Virus record (IMG/VR): IMGVR_UViG_3300047471_000325 | Location: 1,927 to 65,926 of that record | Direction: 5' to 3' (one strand) | DNA length: 64,000 nucleotides | Origin: a virus | Taxonomy: Duplodnaviria > Caudoviricetes | Made by a program: the position numbers and the translations under genes | The notes under the pieces: model-generated | Told to the model about the DNA's origin: nothing | Databases searched by the model: none | Seen by the model: only the letters and a program-made list of their open reading frames with translations | Shown: positions 36,707-46,814 of the stretch, piece after piece | Position numbering within the stretch: position 1 is the first letter of the stretch | Layout of the letters: each line of letters begins with the position of its first letter

Positions 36707-39700
36707 TGGGTCAGATCGTCACAGACTCCTTCAATCGGGCTAATTCCACCGGCCTCGGTGCGGATTGGACGAACAATATCACCGACCAAGGTCGCTGGGA
36801 TATTGCGTCTACTCTGTGCTTCGGTGCGACCAGTAATGGTGCGGCACTCTCTTCTTTTACGGGTGGTGCATGGACGGGCGGTGCCGATCAATACTCAGAA
36901 GCACAGATCTTCGAAGTATCTGCATCTGACAAAGATTGCGGACCCGCCGTACGATGCTCCGGCTCGGTCGCATCGAACTCGAACTGCTACCTCTTTGACT
37001 TCAATGACAGCAGTCCAGGGCTTGCCCTCGGGTCTTCGACATTCAGTGTCTCGCTCTACAAGTTAGTTAACGGCACCTACACGCAGCTTGGCGTAAGCGT
37101 CACCGGCCAGACAGTCAACGCTGGCGATGTTATCCGCGTAGAGGTCACCGGGACAGGCGTATCAACGATTGTCGTCGGGAAGATCAACGGCACGACGATT
37201 ATCACCAGGACAGATACAGCAGGAAGCATTGCAAGTGGCAACCCTGGCCTCTTCGGCGTAGACATCGGTTGGGGATGGTTGAACTTCGCAGCTGGAGATT
37301 TTTCAGGCGGCGATATCAGCGCTACTCCTACAGAGTCGCTGAAGGTTGTTGACCAAACGCCTGCAGCAAGCTTAGTCAGCATACCTAACCTTTCTGTCAC
37401 AGTATCGACTGAAGGCATCCGACTCGTCGACCGTGTCTATGGTGCGACGCGCTTTGTCCAGTCACAGAATCAGCTTGAGGCTGGACTTTACGAGCAGCAC
37501 GTCAAGATCTCTGAGCAACTCACGATCTGTCCGCTCATCGGTCTACCAGCGCATGATGAATTTAATGGCGTCGCTTCAGGAGTATTAGACCCTTGTAATT
37601 GGACGCAAGCCTACGGTCAGCTCGGCGTCGATGGCTCGGGTCATGCGTATCGAGTGAACCCAGCGAGCAGTCTCGCCTTCTGGAAAGAGACCGCCTTCTC
37701 GCCCGACCAGTATGCGCAAGTCACCGTCACGGCCTACAACGGTGACTCACCAGCACCATGCGTCCGCATCTCGCCGAGTGGTGATGCGTCGTATGCCATG
37801 CTGGCGACTCCCGCATTATCTCAGATCAATCTTTATCAGACTATCGCTAATGTCGGCACGCTGATCCAGACCGTCTCATCTGTCTCACTCGCTGACGGCG
37901 ACGTGCTTCGACTGCAGATCGTTGGAACGACCCTGAGCATGTTCCTGAATGGAACGCAGGTCGGGACCAATCAGATTGATACAGGCGTCGCTTCTGGACA
38001 GCCAGGAATCTACTGCAATAATGGCGGCGCGACAGCGACACTACTTGATAACTTCGTCGCTAATAATATCGGTGTGCAAGCGCATGATTCACCGATTGGC
38101 GCTCATCCAACCGGGTGGCTGAATCCCGGCATCGTAGCCTCGGTCTTTCAGCCTTTCACCCTGCAGATCGTCGATACGAACGTTGTCATTCAGCAGCCGC
38201 CGCCGGGAGAAGATCTCTCGATATCGCTTGTCGATGCCATTAAGATCTCAGATACTGCGCAGACAATACCGAACCCCTATCCACTTATCATACCCGCTGA
38301 AGCAGCGAAGATTACTGACACGGTACAGGTCCGGATCTCTCCGATTCAGTTACTCGTCCCTGCCGAATCACTGAAGGTCCAAGACGTTACGCCGCAAGCG
38401 GGACTTGTTCTCCCACTCGCGCTTGTAGAGACGCTGAAGATTTCAGATACGGCGCGGGCTGCGCTGAACCCGTATCCGCTCGTTATCCCTGCTGAAACAC
38501 TGAAGCTCTCAGACAGTCTGCAGGCAGGACTGACCGCTCCGCCTCCGCTTATCCAAGCCGTCTACGAAGCGAAGTTTGATGGCGTCAATTGGACAAACTT
38601 TACGCCAGATGTCATCGACGCAGGTGCAACGGCCGCCTGGGGCATTACGACCGGGAACGGTCCGCTGGACAGCGTCGCCGGCAGCGGTACATGTACCTTC
38701 CTACTGCGCAATGACTTAGAGAACGGGCATCCGATCGGTTACTACTCGCCGAATCATGCGGCGTGCCGCGCTGGTTGGACGTTCGGCATCCCGTTTCGTT
38801 TGAGCTATATCTTTAACGGGTCGACGTATCAGAGGTTTACTGGGAAGGTCTACTCTATCTTGCCCGATTCTGGCATTCATGAACGTCGTCAAGTTGCTGT
38901 CACCGCGTACGACATCATGCGCGACTTATCAGAGATTGACTTGAACACGATCGGCATCCAGGTCAGCATGACCGAGTCGCAGATCATCGCCAATATCATT
39001 GCATCACTGCCTGCCGCGTCACAGCCGTTCGCGACGAGTTATGATTCGGGCGTCGATACGTTCCCCTACGCGCTCGATACGATTGGCTCTGGCGCGAAAG
39101 CATTGTCAGTCATCGCTGATGTCGCTCGCAGTTCATTCTCTCTGGTCTTCTGTAAGAGCGATGGGACGTTTACGGTTGTGAACCGGCATACACGCACGCT
39201 CGGTTCAGCAGCGATTGAGTTCTCTGGCGACTTCATGGACTTCCAGGTGCCGTCTGACCTGTCGAACGTCTACAACTTGGCGCGCGTCGTCATCCACCCG
39301 AAGACGATTGATGCGGCAGCGACGACTGTGCTCTATGCCCTCACAGGTACTGTACCTTCGATCTCCGCAGGACAGACGCTGACACTGTGGGGCACCTACA
39401 ATGACCCCGCGAACGCGCAGCGGCTCGTCGGCGGACTCAGTATGGTCACGACGCTCGTGGCCTATCCGACCGCTAACTGGGACTATGCAGGTAACGCGGC
39501 TGCTGATGGCAGTGGCTCGAACTTGACATCGAGTCTGTCTATCGTAGCCACAGCATTCGCGACGACGGTGAAGTTCGAGATCACGAACACCGGCGGCGCG
39601 TCGGTCTATCTCATCGAGCCGAGTGGAACGACTGGGCCTAAGCTGCGCATCCGCGGCAAGGGTGTCTATGATCGCGGTCCGCAGACGTATCAGTCTTCTT

Positions 39701-40086
39701 CGACGCAGCCTTACGGCACGCGACCGATCGACATCGACATGCCGTACCAAGCCGACCCGAACGTCGGGCAATCGACAGCAGAGTATGTCGTGGCGTCATA
39801 TAAGACGCTCTCGGCTCAAGTGAAGCAGCTGACATTCATTGCGAATGACTCTCCTGCGCACATGCTTTTCGCGTTGACCGTGGAACCGGGCACTCGCCTC
39901 ATTGTCTCAGAGACTGTAACAGGCATTTCAGCCATCACAGCGACCGTGCAATCTGTCGCGCTGACGATGACTGAGAAGTATATGGTCGTCGTCATCAATC
40001 TTGCACCAGTTAGCCCGTTCACTGTGTGGCTCTGGGGCATCGTCGGTCAATCAGAGTGGGGTATTACGACAGTGTATGGATTCTAA
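36706..40086 (+). CDS. Large tail tip/hub protein with two lectin-like beta-sandwiches and E-x-L-K-V-x-D repeats
   Basis: Follows the tape measure; duplicated 'D.FN...DQY...GDV.R....G..NGT..ASG.PG' domain; hub-like C-terminal half. Confidence 0.75.
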   Translation: MGQIVTDSFNRANSTGLGADWTNNITDQGRWDIASTLCFGATSNGAALSSFTGGAWTGGADQYSEAQIFEVSASDKDCGPAVRCSGSVASNSNCYLFDFNDSSPGLALGSSTFSVSLYKLVNGTYTQLGVSVTGQTVNAGDVIRVEVTGTGVSTIVVGKINGTTIITRTDTAGSIASGNPGLFGVDIGWGWLNFAAGDFSGGDISATPTESLKVVDQTPAASLVSIPNLSVTVSTEGIRLVDRVYGATRFVQSQNQLEAGLYEQHVKISEQLTICPLIGLPAHDEFNGVASGVLDPCNWTQAYGQLGVDGSGHAYRVNPASSLAFWKETAFSPDQYAQVTVTAYNGDSPAPCVRISPSGDASYAMLATPALSQINLYQTIANVGTLIQTVSSVSLADGDVLRLQIVGTTLSMFLNGTQVGTNQIDTGVASGQPGIYCNNGGATATLLDNFVANNIGVQAHDSPIGAHPTGWLNPGIVASVFQPFTLQIVDTNVVIQQPPPGEDLSISLVDAIKISDTAQTIPNPYPLIIPAEAAKITDTVQVRISPIQLLVPAESLKVQDVTPQAGLVLPLALVETLKISDTARAALNPYPLVIPAETLKLSDSLQAGLTAPPPLIQAVYEAKFDGVNWTNFTPDVIDAGATAAWGITTGNGPLDSVAGSGTCTFLLRNDLENGHPIGYYSPNHAACRAGWTFGIPFRLSYIFNGSTYQRFTGKVYSILPDSGIHERRQVAVTAYDIMRDLSEIDLNTIGIQVSMTESQIIANIIASLPAASQPFATSYDSGVDTFPYALDTIGSGAKALSVIADVARSSFSLVFCKSDGTFTVVNRHTRTLGSAAIEFSGDFMDFQVPSDLSNVYNLARVVIHPKTIDAAATTVLYALTGTVPSISAGQTLTLWGTYNDPANAQRLVGGLSMVTTLVAYPTANWDYAGNAAADGSGSNLTSSLSIVATAFATTVKFEITNTGGASVYLIEPSGTTGPKLRIRGKGVYDRGPQTYQSSSTQPYGTRPIDIDMPYQADPNVGQSTAEYVVASYKTLSAQVKQLTFIANDSPAHMLFALTVEPGTRLIVSETVTGISAITATVQSVALTMTEKYMVVVINLAPVSPFTVWLWGIVGQSEWGITTVYGF

Positions 40087-40494
40087 ATGGCTATCATCTT
40101 GACAGTACGACACATCAATGGGCTCTGGGGCGTCGTCCCTTACGAGCGACGCACGCTTGCACTACTCAAAGAAAACCAAGCCGCCTACGTCGCGAAGAAT
40201 CCTGCGACGCAGGCGCCGACTGAGATCGTCAGCGAGATACCGGCTTACATCGGCAGTGGATGCTGGCGCATACATTGCCGCTGTGGGGAGCGGACACACA
40301 CAGACCCCGAGTGGAAAGAAGCGTGCTGCTTTGGGTGTGGGGCTATCTGGACGAACGTCGTCTTTCCTGAAGACTGGCAGAAGATTGACACATTGCTTGC
40401 AAAACGCGCCGTGCAGGGCATGCGGAACTGGCAAGCACCTGAGACGCTCGACGACTTAATCACAGAGCAGGTCGCGCATGGAGAACCTACCTAA
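40087..40494 (+). CDS. Cys-rich tail-associated protein
   Basis: 'WRIHCRCG...CFGCGAIW.NVVFP..W.KID.LL.KR...RNW..PETL.DL'. Confidence 0.65.
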   Translation: MAIILTVRHINGLWGVVPYERRTLALLKENQAAYVAKNPATQAPTEIVSEIPAYIGSGCWRIHCRCGERTHTDPEWKEACCFGCGAIWTNVVFPEDWQKIDTLLAKRAVQGMRNWQAPETLDDLITEQVAHGEPT

Positions 40495-40757
40495 TGGGCA
40501 TGCCAAAGATTTGGAATGATTCAGGATTGATCTCGACCCATGATAATGACCTTCGTGATGGTGACTTGAAGGTCGCTGGCTCTGAGCCTCCCTATACGTT
40601 GCAGATCAGGCAAGATGGCGCATGGATAGACTTCTTCCCGCGTCTCGATGACGCGGGACTCGTGCCACCGAAGTGCTTACCTCCGCCAGATACGAACGCA
40701 GAATTTATGGCCTTGAAAGCTGATGTCGAAGACCTTAAGAAAGCATTGAAGCCATGA
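40494..40757 (+). CDS. Small tail-region protein
   Basis: Coupled ORF with C-terminal coiled coil. Confidence 0.55.
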   Translation: MGMPKIWNDSGLISTHDNDLRDGDLKVAGSEPPYTLQIRQDGAWIDFFPRLDDAGLVPPKCLPPPDTNAEFMALKADVEDLKKALKP

Positions 40758-41755
40758 GTTATACGATCCTCTCCCATGTAGCGACCGGCGACCTCGCGAC
40801 AGCAGCGCTGCAGAACGCGCTCATCGACGACCTCGCCGTCTTGAAGGTGTCGATTACGAATGCGGGTGACATCAGCGCACCAAATGCGATTGTCAGCGCA
40901 GCGCAAGGCAATCGGTTGGGCACAGTGGCTGGAGATTCTGTTACACCACTGCGCACCAATACGAACGTCTTGCTTTATGACGCCGGCCCCACGAGTTGGG
41001 CTGGGTTCGGAGTTGACGCGACCGGTTCTCTATATGTCGTCACTGGAGCAATCGCGCCTACAACGCGCATGAAGATTGATCAGGTAGGTAATACGCAGGT
41101 TGCAGGACGCATGCAGTTCGGTAATACTGGCGGGATGTCACCGTTATTTCCTGCGTGGCGCAATACAGGCGCGCGCATGGAAGCGGTGCTCGGAGATAAC
41201 TCGAATTGGGCAAGCGTTGCTGCGCTGAACTACTTCGCTGTTGGAACAGGAAACAGCCTTGCCGACCTAACGGTGACTGGCGCGACGAACTTTCAGAATG
41301 GTGTGACGCTTACAGGGGGCAACATCACCGGTCCTGGCTACCTTCAGATCACTGGCGTCGTCTATCCTGGACGTGTCGATACTCCAGGATCGCAGGGCAG
41401 TTGGTATCTCGCTTCGCATGGCAGCTTCGGGCTCTATACGAATACAGGGTTGTATATCGCAGGCGCGTTGACGGTTATCGGTCAGGCTTATGTACCGAAT
41501 CGATTCGGCATCGTCATCACCGGCATCGCTGTCACTGCTGCTGCTGGGCAGTTCATCCTCTGCAGCGGGACGTTCAACGTCACGCTACCTGCTCCGACTT
41601 CGGGTAGTGTAATAGACGTCAAGAACTACGGAACTGGTGTCATCACGGTCGTTCCATCGAGCGGTTCGATTGATCTCGCTGGGTCATACGTTCTATCAGT
41701 ACAGAACATGTCGGTAACTCTCGTGGCAGACGGAGGGAACTGGTGGATAAGATAA
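40754..41755 (+). CDS. Tail fibre protein
   Basis: G/T-rich; C-terminal 'VTLPAPT...DVKN.GTG.ITV...SVTLVADGGNW'. Confidence 0.75.
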   Translation: MSYTILSHVATGDLATAALQNALIDDLAVLKVSITNAGDISAPNAIVSAAQGNRLGTVAGDSVTPLRTNTNVLLYDAGPTSWAGFGVDATGSLYVVTGAIAPTTRMKIDQVGNTQVAGRMQFGNTGGMSPLFPAWRNTGARMEAVLGDNSNWASVAALNYFAVGTGNSLADLTVTGATNFQNGVTLTGGNITGPGYLQITGVVYPGRVDTPGSQGSWYLASHGSFGLYTNTGLYIAGALTVIGQAYVPNRFGIVITGIAVTAAAGQFILCSGTFNVTLPAPTSGSVIDVKNYGTGVITVVPSSGSIDLAGSYVLSVQNMSVTLVADGGNWWIR

Positions 41756-42399
41756 GAATACTCGCGGCACTCATCGTGCTCTGGGTCTGGACGATACTCG
41801 TGGCGAGCATCGCTCAGAATCCGAATGGGATGGTCTATCGCAACCTATCACCCTACATCTGGCTCTGGCAAGGCGTACCAGTCGAAGCGACCTATACGCC
41901 GACGCCGATCCAGTCTGTGCAGCACCTCCAATGCACGGGCAACGGGACGGTCAACTTTACGGCCATCGATTTGAATTACTCGGTCATCAGCACGCTTGGT
42001 GGAGGCGCACAGAATGGTAGCGGCAACCTCTCCAACCAAGCCATTCGTGCCGTATTCAATTCGGCCTCACAAGCAGGTTGCGGCAGTGCCACCGGTTCTT
42101 CTGTCATCGACTTCGATGTGATCTATTTCGTGCCCACACTCCTCAAGCATGCCGTCGTACGCGACTTGGCTGTCACGATTGGGACTGGCGTGAACGTCAA
42201 CGGAGTCTCGTCGACCGGCTACACCGTGACCCTTGCGAAGTCGATAGCATTCTTCCAGGGATGCACGATCAACAACGGTCAGTCAATTAACGAAGTCAAC
42301 TTCACAGCGCGGCAGAACAGCACGACGCAGATCACCGTCTATAAGAACAACAGCGACAACGGGTTTGACTGCAACGTGGGGATGGTGGAGTTCAAATGA
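41743..42399 (+). CDS. Beta-rich protein with N-terminal signal/TM segment
   Basis: Hydrophobic N-terminus then two related beta repeats. Confidence 0.55.
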   Translation: MDKIRILAALIVLWVWTILVASIAQNPNGMVYRNLSPYIWLWQGVPVEATYTPTPIQSVQHLQCTGNGTVNFTAIDLNYSVISTLGGGAQNGSGNLSNQAIRAVFNSASQAGCGSATGSSVIDFDVIYFVPTLLKHAVVRDLAVTIGTGVNVNGVSSTGYTVTLAKSIAFFQGCTINNGQSINEVNFTARQNSTTQITVYKNNSDNGFDCNVGMVEFK

Positions 42400-42569
42400 A
42401 ATCCTGGTACCTCTCTAAGACGCTCTGGGTCAACCTCCTGGCGCTCCTCGCGACGTGGGTCATTGGGCGCTCAGACTTCTACGTCAACCCGCAGGTCATG
42501 ATCGTCGGCATGGCCGTGCTCAACGTTGGGCTGCGGTTCCTCACCTCTACGGCGATAGGGCGAGCCTAA
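42396..42569 (+). CDS. Holin (2 TM)
   Basis: MKSWYLSKTLWVNLLALLA...LNVGLRFLTST; K-x-W-x-x-SKT-x-W-x-N holin-like pattern (below the ORF-track cutoff). Confidence 0.7.
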   Translation: MKSWYLSKTLWVNLLALLATWVIGRSDFYVNPQVMIVGMAVLNVGLRFLTSTAIGRA

Positions 42570-42581
42570 TAGGAGCAGCAT

Positions 42582-42845
42582 ATGAAGTATGTGGTCGACA
42601 TGCACGTCGCGACGGTCAAGCTCATCCCGTGCTCCATCGTGGCGAGCACGAACCCTGGCTACTATCTCTGCGTGCATGAAGATGGCTCGTCGCTCGTCGT
42701 CGAGCCTGACGGTTCGCAGAACCGCACAGTACCCGCAGGGCAGACGAACTGGGACTCGCCGTGGACGCAAGCCGCGCTGCTCGGCGACAAGTTAGTCTAT
42801 CGCAGTTCAGGCGGGACGCCCCGTGGCTATCTGGTGATCGGATGA
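42582..42845 (+). CDS. Small beta-rich protein
   Basis: AGGAGCAGCA before ATG. Confidence 0.6.
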   Translation: MKYVVDMHVATVKLIPCSIVASTNPGYYLCVHEDGSSLVVEPDGSQNRTVPAGQTNWDSPWTQAALLGDKLVYRSSGGTPRGYLVIG

Positions 42846-43936
42846 ATCCCGGTCAAGTGGCGCTGTTCAGCGGACGCGGTGGAGGTGGCGGCGGTACAAT
42901 TACACCTATCAAGCGTGCACCATTCGGCCCAGCTCCGCAGCCTATCGATTATCGTAACGTCTTGCCGTTTACGCCGCCAGGTCGCGACCTGCACTTCTAT
43001 CGCGGGAACTTCTGCGGCTTAACCATTCCAGGTGCGCCACCAGTGCCAGGCGGCAATGACTCGAACCCTGAAATGGTGATGGCTTGTCTGCTCGACAACT
43101 ATCCGCCAGTGGTGCAAGATCAGTATCTACTTGCCTATGCGCAGGCTGGCTATACACATCTGCAGCGCAGCCTTGGGCATTCACTCTACTATGGACATAG
43201 CATCGAAGATCATATTATACTGAGTCGCAAAGCACAAGGCTATGGATTGTTCTGCGATGAATGGTGGCTCGGTGGAGGAGAAGGCGATGACTGGACATTC
43301 AAATCGAGAGACAAAGATGCAGCGTATTGGGCGCCTATTCTGCAACCATATGTCGACCAACTCGTTGGCGCAGGGGTGGTGGATTGCGCGTGCGTTGGAT
43401 GGCAACTCGACCAGTGGAACGCTCCAGGCAACCCCATCATCTCCATCATTGCCTATCTCGCGAGTGCGCTCCCCCAGTCCGTTCCGCTTTACACACATTG
43501 GGTGAACGAGGCGCTCGCGTGGTGGAAGACTGGCGGCGAGGTGTGGAGCGACAAGTATCAGACGGTCAACGTTGATAATCGCTTCTCATGGTGGGGCGCC
43601 ATGCAGCCTTACTTGACTGGCGGGCATCATCAGGGTGATAACCAGATCGCGTTGACGAATCCGAAGCTCTATCAGGATAAGTTGCTCGATACGCTTGATC
43701 CCTTCGGCGGCGACCAAAGCAAAGGCAACATGGGCCAGAGCCAGCGCGGCGGGGTATTGCGACCGTTCTCTCTCGTCGGCTTCGAGGTAATGGCACAGTT
43801 CGAGTTCGACGCAAGAGCTTCAGAGTTACAAGGCGATCAGGCGGGTTACTACGTCATGTGTACGACATCGCATACTGGATTGGCGATGGGTGGATACGGA
43901 AATGGTGCTCGACGTCCGGATGGAACAGCTCTCTAA
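42842..43936 (+). CDS. Possible divergent TIM-barrel glycoside hydrolase
   Basis: 'YAQAGYTHLQ', 'VGWQLD', 'LYTHW', 'VGFEV' alpha/beta alternation; start ATG 42842. Confidence 0.45.
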   Translation: MNPGQVALFSGRGGGGGGTITPIKRAPFGPAPQPIDYRNVLPFTPPGRDLHFYRGNFCGLTIPGAPPVPGGNDSNPEMVMACLLDNYPPVVQDQYLLAYAQAGYTHLQRSLGHSLYYGHSIEDHIILSRKAQGYGLFCDEWWLGGGEGDDWTFKSRDKDAAYWAPILQPYVDQLVGAGVVDCACVGWQLDQWNAPGNPIISIIAYLASALPQSVPLYTHWVNEALAWWKTGGEVWSDKYQTVNVDNRFSWWGAMQPYLTGGHHQGDNQIALTNPKLYQDKLLDTLDPFGGDQSKGNMGQSQRGGVLRPFSLVGFEVMAQFEFDARASELQGDQAGYYVMCTTSHTGLAMGGYGNGARRPDGTAL

Positions 43937-43948
43937 AGGAGAACAGTC

Positions 43949-44086
43949 ATGTCATTAGTCTTGCTCGTCTTCGCGTTCGTGCTCTTCGTCCTTGCGGCGG
44001 TTCCTGTTCCTACACGCTTTAACTTGGTCGCGGCTGGCCTAGCATGCTGGGTCGCCGCGAACCTCTTTGCACAGGTGATCAGATGA
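43949..44086 (+). CDS. 45-aa two-TM membrane protein
   Basis: MSLVLLVFAFVLFVLAAVPVPTRFNLVAAGLACWVAANLF; SD AAGGAG. Confidence 0.6.
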   Translation: MSLVLLVFAFVLFVLAAVPVPTRFNLVAAGLACWVAANLFAQVIR

Positions 44087-44403
44087 AAACACGTATTGCG
44101 CTCGTCATCATCGCACTCGCCATCAGCGCGTGCCACCTCTCGCATCCGCTGACGCAAGCACAAGTCCAGACGTTCATCTCAGAGGCGCACGACGGCGTGA
44201 CCTACTCATGTGATGTGCAGTGGCTCCAGCCACCTGTCTGCGTCGTCGCGCTGCGCATCTTGGATGATGCCCAGGCGGCGACCATCGGCTTGACCTCTGG
44301 CTGGCAGGCGGCAGCGAAGGCCGTGCTGATCAAGGAGGAAGCACTGCTCGCAGCAGACTCGCGTATCCGTCCGTACCTAGATGCAGTGATCTCACTGTTA
44401 TGA
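44083..44403 (+). CDS. Lipoprotein
   Basis: MKTRIALVIIALAISAC lipobox. Confidence 0.7.
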   Translation: MKTRIALVIIALAISACHLSHPLTQAQVQTFISEAHDGVTYSCDVQWLQPPVCVVALRILDDAQAATIGLTSGWQAAAKAVLIKEEALLAADSRIRPYLDAVISLL

Positions 44404-45353
44404 GGTGGATCTTTGTGCTAACTGGACTGCTCGGTGCTTGCCTGGTATGGTTCGGGAGCAGTTTGATTGACCGCAAGGAGCGGTTTGGCTGGACTCTCTC
44501 ATTGTCAGGAGTATGCCTCGTCGTTCTGTTCATTGCGCTACTAGGTATCGGCGGTTGCGGCCACTCGCTGGTGGTCGTGCCGCCGACGCCGTTCGTCGTC
44601 CACACGGAACCCATTCCTCACCTCGGGGTCAATGGGCTCTATGGCGGTGTGCTGCCCTCTGACACGTTGAACGCGCTCGATGCTATGAACATTCTTACGC
44701 TGCGTGCCACCGTGCGCACGAAGGCTGAAGCTCAGGCCGCGCTTGACAGCGTTCATGGGTATCCAGACCTTAACGTGCTTCTGCTCGTCGGCACGGCGGA
44801 CCTTGGGCTCGTGGGAGACATCGCGACCCTCGCGTCATCGTCGCATTGGGTCGGCGTCGAGCTGGGAAACGAGCTGGACCTCGCCGGACTCTCGGCGGCG
44901 CAGTTCGGTAAGTTTGTGAGCGATGGTGATCAAGTCTTGCGTGCGCACGGCTTCACCGGCGACGTCATCAGCGGCGGCGTCTACACCGTCACGAATGAGA
45001 CGCTCGGCTACCTGCAGGAAGCCATGCAGTTGATGCCGCCTGACGTCGTGCTGGGACTGCATTGGTATGGTGACTCTGGCCCTGCGCTTCAAGCCACCGT
45101 GCAAGCGCTGGCCGGCAGTCGGAAGGTCGCGGTGACAGAGTTCGGGATGCCGAGTCAGGATGCAGACCAAGACGCACAGCAGCTCGCTTACCTACAGCAG
45201 CAACTGGCGGCGTTTCAACGCTTAGGTGCAACGTATGCGCTCATCTATCAGCTCGTCTCAGGCCCGACGACGAGCGCGAACGATAACTTCGGTCTCCAGC
45301 GCTATGACGGGACATGGAAACCAGCAGCAGCGTTACTCGGGAGGAAGCCATGA
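44400..45353 (+). CDS. Membrane-anchored clan GH-A glycoside hydrolase
   Basis: Two TM segments; acid/base 'ELGNEL', 'LHWY', nucleophile 'VTEFG', 'NFGL.RYDGTWKPAA'. Confidence 0.8.
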   Translation: MRWIFVLTGLLGACLVWFGSSLIDRKERFGWTLSLSGVCLVVLFIALLGIGGCGHSLVVVPPTPFVVHTEPIPHLGVNGLYGGVLPSDTLNALDAMNILTLRATVRTKAEAQAALDSVHGYPDLNVLLLVGTADLGLVGDIATLASSSHWVGVELGNELDLAGLSAAQFGKFVSDGDQVLRAHGFTGDVISGGVYTVTNETLGYLQEAMQLMPPDVVLGLHWYGDSGPALQATVQALAGSRKVAVTEFGMPSQDADQDAQQLAYLQQQLAAFQRLGATYALIYQLVSGPTTSANDNFGLQRYDGTWKPAAALLGRKP

Positions 45354-45535
45354 GTGAGATACTCGACGTACGTGAGAATAAGGTCGGTGATGGATGGTGG
45401 TTGATCCTGGACTGTGGACATTGGTTCAAGTGGGCAGGCTCTCCACGTCCGTCTGATAACCATGACCCTCCGGCAATCGGTGATGACTTCCCTTGTCCCT
45501 CAGATAAACCAATCGTCGTGAAGCGTGGCGTTTGA
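45350..45535 (+). CDS. Small hypothetical protein
   Basis: 'LILDCGHW...CP'. Confidence 0.5.
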   Translation: MSEILDVRENKVGDGWWLILDCGHWFKWAGSPRPSDNHDPPAIGDDFPCPSDKPIVVKRGV

Positions 45536-46170
45536 CTATGACGCCTATGAACGCAAGATCAGGAAGCAGTGGAGCGCAGTCATTGAAGCGCATTATCTAC
45601 GTTGTGTGGATGCTGCTGGCAACATCCACTGGGTTGAGCGCACAGCCGACAGTCTCAAACCCAGTGAGCTTCACGTGGAATGCGAACGCCCCGAGTGACA
45701 ATGTTACTGGGTACCGTTTCATCCTTGACTCGACGATCACTGACGTTGGTAACGTCGTCATCTTTACGGCGCCGACGCTAACGCCAGGACCGCACACAGC
45801 GTCCGTCTTAGCCTATAGTGGAGCGGCAGTCAGTCCACCATCGGCGCCGTTGACGTTTACGATTGCGGGGCAGACTGACCCGTGCATCGGGCTGTCTGTC
45901 GTCGTAACGAGCTATACAACGCCGCTCAAGGGAGGTGTCGAGGGGCAGGTTGTAGCGAAGGTTCTCGGGCCAGCACCTGTCCTTCAGATACAGGTGAAGC
46001 TTGATGCGCAGGTCATTGGCGAGATCAACGGAACTGAGTTGCGCTTCGTCAGAGCAATTGGCTTCGGCACGCCGCGCATACCAGGCACGTATAATCTGTT
46101 TGTGACTGCAGCAGATAACCGAGGGTGCCATACTTCGACGACGGCCGCACGGCCACTGGTGATTCAATGA
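45532..46170 (+). CDS. Signal-peptide protein with Fn3/Ig-like domains
   Basis: Signal ending 'LSA-Q'; 'FTWNAN...VTGYRF...GPHTASVLAY..SPPS'. Confidence 0.7.
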   Translation: MTMTPMNARSGSSGAQSLKRIIYVVWMLLATSTGLSAQPTVSNPVSFTWNANAPSDNVTGYRFILDSTITDVGNVVIFTAPTLTPGPHTASVLAYSGAAVSPPSAPLTFTIAGQTDPCIGLSVVVTSYTTPLKGGVEGQVVAKVLGPAPVLQIQVKLDAQVIGEINGTELRFVRAIGFGTPRIPGTYNLFVTAADNRGCHTSTTAARPLVIQ

Positions 46171-46667
46171 GCTGCGATCCGCTGGTCATCGAACACGGGT
46201 GTCGTCCAGTCACCGTAAAGGTGACAGATGACACGACGATCATCACTGTTACACATAAGCGTGGACCGATGTCGGTCCCGCTGCTCGTCTGGACGTTCGG
46301 TCCCGTTCAGGAGCAACCGTCAGGACCGCTTCCAGGAGTTTCAATGCAGACAATGAGTGCGACGCAGCAGACGACGGGTACCGTTCAGCCGGTCGACCAC
46401 CTCGGACATCCGGCGCCAGTGCAGGCTGGGTCGTCAGTCTTCACTTCTTCGGACGTCAACGTGCTCACCGTGAGCGCGGACCCGACCAACGAACTGAGCG
46501 TGCTTGTTAAGGGTGTGCTATCGGGCACGGCGCAGGTGCGTTGGTCGGCTGATGCGGATCTTGGGGATGGGGTGGTGACGATCTCGGCGGCGGAAGACTT
46601 CACCATCACGAGCGCGATGGCCACCGGCGCGTCGTTCGGCTTTACGCCTCCCGTCGAGCAGGCGTAA
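46167..46667 (+). CDS. Ig-like domain protein
   Basis: 'FTSSDVNVLTV...VKGVLSGTAQV..SADADLGDGV'. Confidence 0.65.
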   Translation: MSCDPLVIEHGCRPVTVKVTDDTTIITVTHKRGPMSVPLLVWTFGPVQEQPSGPLPGVSMQTMSATQQTTGTVQPVDHLGHPAPVQAGSSVFTSSDVNVLTVSADPTNELSVLVKGVLSGTAQVRWSADADLGDGVVTISAAEDFTITSAMATGASFGFTPPVEQA

Positions 46668-46709
46668 ACAGTTTGTATAATGTATAGGGACTGAGGTTCT
46701 TATACAGCT

Positions 46710-46749
46710 TAGCCCCTAGGGACGCTGTAGAGCGCCTAGGGGCTATTTT
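46710..46749 (+). terminator. Intrinsic terminator at the convergence of the two arms
   Basis: TAGCCCCTAGG...CCTAGGGGCTA then TTTT. Confidence 0.7.
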
Positions 46750-46814
46750 CTTAGACTCGATAGCTAGACAAGGGACTGACTGCGAACGCTGCGCTAGCGT
46801 GCTCTGGGCGCTTG

